Assembly: GCF_014280195.1 (NCBI RefSeq) | Contig: NZ_CP047960.1 | Coordinates: forward strand, 330,001-362,000 | DNA: 32,000 bases | Direction of reading: 5' to 3' | DNA from: Synechococcus sp. A15-24 | GTDB taxonomy: Bacteria; Cyanobacteriota; Cyanobacteriia; PCC-6307; Cyanobiaceae | Part shown: in pieces, positions 26,518 through 32,000 of the stretch | How positions within the stretch are numbered: position 1 is the stretch's first letter | Layout of the letters: each line of letters starts with the position of its first letter | Program-made: the position numbers and the translations under genes | Notes under the pieces: generated by a model | The model's database searches: none | Told to the model about the DNA's origin: nothing | What the model saw: the letters and a program-made list of their open reading frames with translations, nothing else

Positions 26518-26958
26518 ATGTCGCAGCTCACGATCAAGCTCAGCGACAAGGCGGATGCCCTGATCGCCCAGCTCCAGAAAGAGATCTTCAACCGTCGGCG
26601 CAAGAAGGTCTCTGCCGCCGGCGTGGTGGAGACCCTGGTGGAAAGCGGTGCCAAGTCCCAGTCGGACAAACGCTTCGCCACCTCCTGGACCAATCTGATC
26701 AAGGACATCGAGAAGGCGGCCAAGCTGGCCTATGCCCATGGCAGCAAGCCCTCCACCCTCACCGATGAGGAGTGGGCCCTTGTTCTCAGCCATCGCAGTC
26801 GCTCCACCACGGCCCGTCCCCGGCGCATGGTGAAGAAAAGAGTGGTGGCGACCAAGAAGCCGGCGTCCCGTCGCACCCGCACCCGCAGTTCCGCTGCTGC
26901 TGCGGTGGCGTCGACCCCCGTCAGCAGCAATGGCAAAGCGCCGGTGACCGCCGGCTGA
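26518..26958 (+). CDS. hypothetical protein with a possible ribbon-helix-helix-like N-terminus and a Lys/Arg/Ser/Thr/Ala-rich basic tail
   Basis: ATG at 26518, with GTG at 26515 in the track. It begins 'QLTIKLSDKADALIAQLQKEI' (strand then helix) and ends in the tail 'RPRRMVKKRVVATKKPASRRTRTRSSAAAA'. The stop is 3 nt from the aroC stop. The fold assignment is inference. Confidence 0.5.
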   Translation: MSQLTIKLSDKADALIAQLQKEIFNRRRKKVSAAGVVETLVESGAKSQSDKRFATSWTNLIKDIEKAAKLAYAHGSKPSTLTDEEWALVLSHRSRSTTARPRRMVKKRVVATKKPASRRTRTRSSAAAAVASTPVSSNGKAPVTAG

Positions 26959-26961
26959 CGC

Positions 26962-28053
26962 TCACCAGAGGCTGCACTGACCCTGCTGCCGCAGCAGGTG
27001 ATCCACCAGCACCAGCGCCACCATCGCCTCCACCATCGGCACGGCCCTCGGCAGCACACAGGGGTCGTGTCGACCCTTGCCGGCCAGGGTGGTGGCCTTG
27101 CCGTCGGAATCAATGGTCTGCTGTTCCTTGCGGATAGTGGCTGTGGGCTTGAACGCCACCCGGATCACAATCGGCTCGCCGTTGCTGATGCCGCCCTGGA
27201 TGCCACCTGAGTTGTTGGTAGCCGTCTGCAGTCTTCCGTCATCGGTGGGCACAAAGGCATCGTTGTGCTCGCTGCCCTTGAGCAGGGTTCCGCTGAAGCC
27301 AGAACCGATCTCAAAGCCCTTGGTGGCGGGGAGGGACATCACCGCCTTGGCCAGATCGGCCTCCAGCTTGTCGAACACGGGCATTCCCAGCCCCGGTGCT
27401 GGGTTGCGCACCACGCATTCGATCACGCCGCCACAGGAGTCGCCGTCGCGCCCGATCGCCTCGATCCGTTCCACCATCTGAGCGGCTGTGGGGGCGTCCG
27501 GGCAGCGAACGATGTTGCTCTCGATGGCGTCCAGCGTCACAGCCTGGGGATCCACATTCGCCTCGATGGTGTGGATGCGTTTGACCCAGGCGAGCACCTC
27601 CGTCCCTGCGGCCTTGGCTAGCAGCTGCTTGGCGATCGCACCGGCGGCCACGCGCCCGATTGTTTCGCGGGCTGAGGCCCGCCCGCCCCCACTGCGGGCT
27701 TGCACGCCGTATTTCACCTGGTAGGTGGCATCGGCATGGGAAGGCCGGAACGCCACGGCCATGTCCTTGTAGTCGCCGGGGCGCTGGTCCTTGTTGCGTA
27801 CCAACATGGCGATCGGTGTTCCCATGGTGGTCTGCCCATCGAGAAGGCCGCTGAGCACCTCCACCTGATCGGCTTCCTTGCGTGGGGTGGTGATGTGGCT
27901 CTGGCCCGGCCGTCGCCGATCTAACTCCGCCTGGATTGCTTCAACATCAAGGTCCAGGCGTGGAGGGCAACCCTCCACGATCACGCCCACGCCACCGCCG
28001 TGGGACTCACCGAAGGTGCTGATCCGAAACAGATCGCCGAAGCTGCTGCCCAT
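26962..28053 (-). CDS. aroC: chorismate synthase
   Basis: '[19 protein letters not shown]', '[12 protein letters not shown]' and '[14 protein letters not shown]' are present. I place the start at ATG 28053 (MGSSFG...), not the track start at 28134. Confidence 0.95.
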   Translation of the reverse strand: MGSSFGDLFRISTFGESHGGGVGVIVEGCPPRLDLDVEAIQAELDRRRPGQSHITTPRKEADQVEVLSGLLDGQTTMGTPIAMLVRNKDQRPGDYKDMAVAFRPSHADATYQVKYGVQARSGGGRASARETIGRVAAGAIAKQLLAKAAGTEVLAWVKRIHTIEANVDPQAVTLDAIESNIVRCPDAPTAAQMVERIEAIGRDGDSCGGVIECVVRNPAPGLGMPVFDKLEADLAKAVMSLPATKGFEIGSGFSGTLLKGSEHNDAFVPTDDGRLQTATNNSGGIQGGISNGEPIVIRVAFKPTATIRKEQQTIDSDGKATTLAGKGRHDPCVLPRAVPMVEAMVALVLVDHLLRQQGQCSLW

Positions 28054-28076
28054 GGAGTCTCCGCTCTGCCAGGAGG

Positions 28077-28838
28077 CTACGAAGCCGCCGCGCGCAGCAG
28101 GGCCCGTTCCCGCATGTTCTGCAGGCGTTGCCACAGCTGGGCGATGGCAAGAAACAGCCAGCTCATGGCCACCAACCAGAAGGGCTGGTCACGGCGGAAC
28201 ACATCGAACAGCAGCACAACCCGTGGCTGGTCCGACCGGTTCACGGCGGAATGCAGGAAGGTGTCGTCCCAGAGAAAGCCTTCCCCTTCCTGCAGGTGAT
28301 ACGTCTTGCCATCGATCATTAGTTCACAGGAGCTGCGTCCATCCCCCAGATCGGCCACATACAAGGGCAGGTGGAACCGCCAGACGCCTTTGAACGGACC
28401 TTTGTGGGGCCGCAGCACTTTTCCCTGTGGGAACAGGCTCACCGCGGCGGACACCACATCGCTATAGCGGCTGAGAAAGCTCCTCAGGCTTGGGATCAAG
28501 GCCTGATTGGCGGGGTAGTCGTAGCCGTAGCCCCGCAGAGGCAGCATTCCCCACACCTTGCGGTCGAATTCGTAGAGCGTGCGCTGCTGCTCCATGATCT
28601 CGTGGTTGGCCGGCAGGCGCCCTGAGAGCGCGACCTCCAGGGTTTCCCGGCGAATGGCGTCGAAATTGCTTTGCAGTTCAGCGCTGGCGGGAAAGTGTTC
28701 GAGGACCGGCACCACGGCCGGATTGTGTAACGAGCGTTCGTAGCACCAGCGGGCGACCTCACGCCAGAAGCGGTAGTTCCAGGGGGCCCAGCGCAGCAGC
28801 TTGTTCCGCACAGCTCTAGCCCACTCGGGCGAAAGCAT
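28077..28838 (-). CDS. aspartyl/asparaginyl beta-hydroxylase family protein (LpxO-like Fe/2-oxoglutarate dioxygenase fold)
   Basis: 253 aa with '[17 protein letters not shown]' and '[29 protein letters not shown]', the characteristic Asp_Arg_Hydrox blocks. There is a C-terminal hydrophobic segment. GC is native (about 60-70% in two counted lines). Confidence 0.75.
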   Translation of the reverse strand: MLSPEWARAVRNKLLRWAPWNYRFWREVARWCYERSLHNPAVVPVLEHFPASAELQSNFDAIRRETLEVALSGRLPANHEIMEQQRTLYEFDRKVWGMLPLRGYGYDYPANQALIPSLRSFLSRYSDVVSAAVSLFPQGKVLRPHKGPFKGVWRFHLPLYVADLGDGRSSCELMIDGKTYHLQEGEGFLWDDTFLHSAVNRSDQPRVVLLFDVFRRDQPFWLVAMSWLFLAIAQLWQRLQNMRERALLRAAAS

Positions 28839-28855
28839 CGCATGTGCGTGAGCTG

Positions 28856-29497
28856 TTAAGCGTCTCCGACTATGAAGGACAGTCCTGCCAGGCCAAAGGA
28901 GCGATAGGGCTCAAATGCAAGATCACAACGTAATGTCTTGAACTCCAAGAAAGCATTACGAGCTCCTGAATTATCGAAACGTGTGCCACAATGGTAATGT
29001 TCGAAAGCGAGAACTACTCCGTTGGTGAGGTGAGTTGAAACGCAGCGCAGTACTGCTCTGACTTCGGTGAAGGAGTGTAAAGTGATAAATAAGCATGCCA
29101 ACTGATGTGGAAGTGGAGGCGGATTCGTTGAAGAAGTTGGAATGAACTTGACTACTTCCATCTGCTGGGCACCAATGCCAGACCGCCAGCACCGATTCTT
29201 GAATGTCGCTTCAGACATTAGAGGAGTATTGGGGAGCCAACGCGGATGCAGATCTCGTTCTGTTTGAGGTTCAGGGATGCGGTCAAAAGAGCTGTAAGCC
29301 CAGAGTTTCCTATCGATTGGCTGGCTTCGTACTGCCTTCCAAGCCATCTGAAATGTAATGAATCTCCGGCATCCAAACTCGACATAGTCACCATTAATTC
29401 GGTTAAAATGAAGAAGTTTTAGGGATTTTCGAAGAAATGCAGCGGTGTCCGCACTGTTTGCGCGCTGTTCCTGAAATCTGGACAGAATATGGTTCAT
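28856..29497 (-). CDS. hypothetical protein with a divergent TylF/MycF-like methyltransferase fold
   Basis: 213-aa ORF in the low-GC islet. 'INGDYVEFGC' aligns with the TylF 'GD.VE.GV.RG' SAM-loop region, but the Gly-rich loop is degenerate. 'GVVLAFEHY' aligns with the 'GG.I.FDDY' region. The gene is real with confidence about 0.6. The family call is weaker. Confidence 0.4.
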   Translation of the reverse strand: MNHILSRFQEQRANSADTAAFLRKSLKLLHFNRINGDYVEFGCRRFITFQMAWKAVRSQPIDRKLWAYSSFDRIPEPQTERDLHPRWLPNTPLMSEATFKNRCWRSGIGAQQMEVVKFIPTSSTNPPPLPHQLACLFITLHSFTEVRAVLRCVSTHLTNGVVLAFEHYHCGTRFDNSGARNAFLEFKTLRCDLAFEPYRSFGLAGLSFIVGDA

Positions 29498-29502
29498 TCG
29501 CT

Positions 29503-30501
29503 TTATTGTTCTGAGGATGGTGTCATTGATAAGCGTCTCGAAGGCTCAATCTGCAACAGTAGTTCAAGTGCTCTCCGCAAGGTTGACGCCCAATCCATGT
29601 TTCTACGTCTTACCAGCAAAGTGTTGGGGTAAAAAGGGGATCGGTCGACATGGTCAGGCCAAGTCGTGACACTTTCACTGTCCAATACCACCACACAAGG
29701 AGTACCAAGGGCACCCGCCATGTGGGCTGTCGTGTTGCTGATCGTTAAGACGCGTTGGACGGATGCGATCTGAAGGGCATATCCATCGAGGTCTTCGAAC
29801 TGATCTATCCGACGAGCTGCTTTAACGGGTCGGCCACTCTTTTGAACAAGTTCTTTAAGACCAGCCCGCCCTTCCTGATACTGCAAAGATTGCACGCGAC
29901 CTCGCACATCACGAATGAGCTCTGCCCAGTCTTCTAAAGAAGGTAGGCATTTATAGATCGCTTTTGAGTACCAAGAGATGCCAAGCCCTCGAGGGTTTAT
30001 CGCAGATGCAGGTGGAGGAATCAGCGGCAGAAAGCTGTTGAGAATGAGCTCCTCGTTATGGGCATAGAACAATGCAAGTTGTTCATAGGTAGTCCAAGCC
30101 GTATTGGTATCCTGTGGTAGAGCGTCATTGGTGCTGATGAAACGTACATAAGGAAAACTTCGCTGGAAGAGAGGAATTAGGCGCTCTTCGGTTTGAACAA
30201 TGAGCTCGCTGACATCTGCAGCTGCCTTGGCTACAAGGTGAACCAGTCGTAGCTCATCACCAAGATCCCTCTTCCTTCCCTCCACGACGAGGGTCCTAAC
30301 GCGATCGCAGGGTCCTCGCCATGGTCGGCCAGGCGAAGGCCTTTCCAGCATGGCTATTGCTTGAAAGGTTTTCCAGGCCTGTTTGTAGTAGCAGCAACGC
30401 TCCATTTTGTTGGCGGCTTCAGTCATGCTGATTAAATCGCTTTCAGCTTCTGCTTGAAGAGCCTTTTCCACATGCCAGGACAAGTTGGAGAAGCGCATCA
30501 T
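29503..30501 (-). CDS. glycosyltransferase family 9-like domain protein (the type usually fused to TPR repeats)
   Basis: 332-aa ORF in the low-GC islet. 'LGDELRLVHLV' resembles the GT9 N-lobe GLGD motif. 'LTISNTTAHMAGALGTPCVVVL' and 'RSPFYPNTLLVRR...DW' match the C-terminal block (VDT..AHLAGALG.P.W.LL ... SPWYP) of TPR-associated GT9-like proteins as I recall it. It ends 5 nt upstream of the next gene. Confidence 0.6.
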   Translation of the reverse strand: MMRFSNLSWHVEKALQAEAESDLISMTEAANKMERCCYYKQAWKTFQAIAMLERPSPGRPWRGPCDRVRTLVVEGRKRDLGDELRLVHLVAKAAADVSELIVQTEERLIPLFQRSFPYVRFISTNDALPQDTNTAWTTYEQLALFYAHNEELILNSFLPLIPPPASAINPRGLGISWYSKAIYKCLPSLEDWAELIRDVRGRVQSLQYQEGRAGLKELVQKSGRPVKAARRIDQFEDLDGYALQIASVQRVLTISNTTAHMAGALGTPCVVVLDSESVTTWPDHVDRSPFYPNTLLVRRRNMDWASTLRRALELLLQIEPSRRLSMTPSSEQ

Positions 30502-30608
30502 TGTGTGGAGGTGGTCGCTTTAAGGAACCGTGGTAGTTGCTCAGCGGCTTATGAGTCGCTGCACAACTATCAACCTTGGCATAGAAGGAGGGATGGCCAT
30601 TTCAGCTC

Positions 30609-32000
30609 TCAGGCCCTCTCCACCCCATCCCCGCAACGGATCCGCTGACGGTCGAATTTGCGTTGGAGGTGTGGTGTGATCCCAAGTTCTGCTCCGTCCC
30701 AGAGGCGATCCATTTCTCGGGTGAAGTGTTTAGAGAGCTGAGGTGAATGAATGACCAGCAGGGTTTCGTCGTTGGTGTGAGCAGCCGAGGGCGACCAATT
30801 GAAGGATCCTGTGACCACGGTTTTGTTATCGATCACGGCGAACTTGTGGTGCAGCGTGTCGCTTCTGGCGAGGCGAGGGGTGCCGACACCGCGAATGGGT
30901 TTTGCGAATGGTTTGTTGTGGGCCTCGAGTTTGCAATCGCGATCGGGCAGGGCCACCCCCAGCAGATCCAGCACCTCTGAGAACGATCGGCTGGCGAACC
31001 CAGGGTCAGCCACCAGCCGAATTTTCACACCGTCGTTGGCGCGCTCCTCCAGCACATCCGCCAGCTGCTGAGCCGAGAACACGAACAGGGCCATGTCGAT
31101 CTGGTTCTTGGCGGAGGCCAGTAGTGCTGCCAGCCAGTTCAACCCGTGGTCGGCATTGCGTTTGGGGTGGGGTGCGAACAGCACCTCTACCTCCACATTG
31201 CCCACCTGCACGCGCTCGGCGTCCGTTCGGCCACCTTTGCCCAGCCCGAAGCGGCTGTCCTTGGCGCCACCAGGGCCATCGCCCCACATCCGCTCGAACT
31301 CGCGTCGGAAGACAGCAGCCAGTGCAGGGCTGTCGATGCGCAGCAGATGGTTGACGTTGCCTCGTGTTCTGGGTTTTCCGGCATCACCATGGAGGCCGGA
31401 ACTGGTGAAATTGGCGCTGCCGTGATCACGCTGCGGTCGTCGACCACCACGAATTTGTGGTGCATCAATCCATTGCCACTGCTGCCGTCCTCGGTGTCAT
31501 CCAGCAACGGCACCCCGGCCTGGAGCAGTAACCTCACGACATCATCCTGTCGGGCTTCCTCCGCAGTCGTGATGCCATCTCCATCGGCATCGGCCAGGTC
31601 CTGGAGTTGGTGCCAGCGATGCCGCTGGTGCTTGGGGAGATGGCTGGGTTGCTGGTCACTCCAGGGGGTGCTGTAGCTTTTCTCCAGCACGAGCTTCACA
31701 TGCACCCCCCGCCTGTGGGCGGCGATCAGATGCCTGGCCAGGCTTGGTAACGACAGCTCTTGAACGGCCACCAGCAGGCTGGTGTCAGCACCCTCAATCG
31801 AATCGACGATCAATTGCTCCAGGTCATCACCGTTGCGCCATTGGCCTGTCAGGGGTGACTGGTAATGGCTCCCGACGCGGTGGTTGAAGGCCAGAGCAAA
31901 TCCGGGCGGCAGGGGGAGATCAGCTTCAACAGCACCAACAATCTCCTCAGGTCTGCTGCAGCTACAGCACAGAAGCAGCTGCAACAGCAGGAGCGCAGTG
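30609..32000 (-). pseudogene. two-HKD phospholipase D superfamily gene interrupted by a 1-nt frameshift; 5' end runs off the window
   Basis: The upstream fragment (track 31187..31984; the frame is open to base 32000 with a Leu-rich signal-like N-terminus) carries HKD1 'HHKFVVVDDRSVIT'. It then degenerates into nonsense. Shifting back one base at 31430-31431 restores 'GSANFTSSGLHGDAGKPRTRGNVNHLLRIDSPALAAVFRREFERMWGDG', which is continuous with the downstream fragment (track 30609..31289). That fragment carries HKD2 'HHKFAVIDNKTVVTGSFNWSPSAAHTNDE'. Confidence 0.75.

Larger units (their letters stand above)
28856..30608. other. low-GC two-gene islet (probable horizontally acquired insertion)
   Basis: Hand GC counts of 60-nt lines inside the islet gave 55, 40, 47, 42, 53 and 43%. 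Flanking lines gave 72 and 60% (28081, 28441) and 58% (30661). The composition changes at about 28.85 kb and 30.6 kb. I found no flanking direct repeats, tRNA or integrase. Confidence 0.6.

Noticed and set aside
30521-30600. tRNA-like fragment (GTGGTAG-TT-GCTC-AGCGG...) at the right edge of the low-GC islet, as a possible integration-site remnant
   Set aside because: A D-arm-like pairing can be drawn, but no anticodon stem or T arm follows (GCTGC has no GCAGC partner). This is probably a chance resemblance.
31425-31440. Programmed -1 ribosomal frameshift in the PLD gene
   Set aside because: There is no X XXY YYZ slippery heptamer at the shift site (C ACG GCA), and I could see no obvious downstream stimulatory structure. 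A 1-nt deletion or a sequencing error is the simpler explanation.
1-32000. CRISPR arrays, IS elements/transposases, integrases, prophage or toxin-antitoxin/defence modules
   Set aside because: I found no spaced direct repeats, no DDE or tyrosine/serine recombinase-like ORFs and no phage structural genes in any frame. The HKD gene looks like a signal-bearing PLD-family enzyme rather than a defence nuclease, and it is frameshifted.

Overview
This is a high-GC (about 60%) chromosomal segment that reads like the core genome of a marine Synechococcus-type picocyanobacterium. The taxon is an inference from psbO, crtR, ictB, ycf20-like and ycf66-like genes and a cyanobacterial-type FtsH. I can support about 37 protein-coding genes, 2 tRNAs (Leu-UAG, Ala-CGC) and 2 intrinsic terminators. 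Genes are very tightly packed. There are several 1-4 nt stop/start overlaps, and at least five convergent pairs have 3' ends that overlap or abut. Almost everything from 1 to 28.8 kb is housekeeping: slt, glmM, trmB, ileS, gatC, pyrB, NDH-2, coaBC, psbO, sat, ftsH and aroC. The only clearly accessory-looking stretch is the right end. There, a roughly 1.75 kb low-GC islet (40-55% GC by hand count of six lines) carries two genes, a GT9-like glycosyltransferase-fold protein and a divergent TylF-like methyltransferase-fold protein. The islet sits co-directionally between an aspartyl/asparaginyl beta-hydroxylase-family gene and a two-HKD phospholipase-D-family gene broken by a single-base frameshift. 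I saw no CRISPR array, transposase, integrase, phage gene or recognisable defence gene, so any claim of a novel system here is a weak hypothesis. Other second-look items are two mutually exclusive hairpins abutting the start codon of a YhhQ-type queuosine-precursor transporter, small ORFs below the track cutoff, and ictB embedded in a peptidoglycan/amino-sugar neighbourhood. All family calls come from motif recognition by eye; no searches were run.
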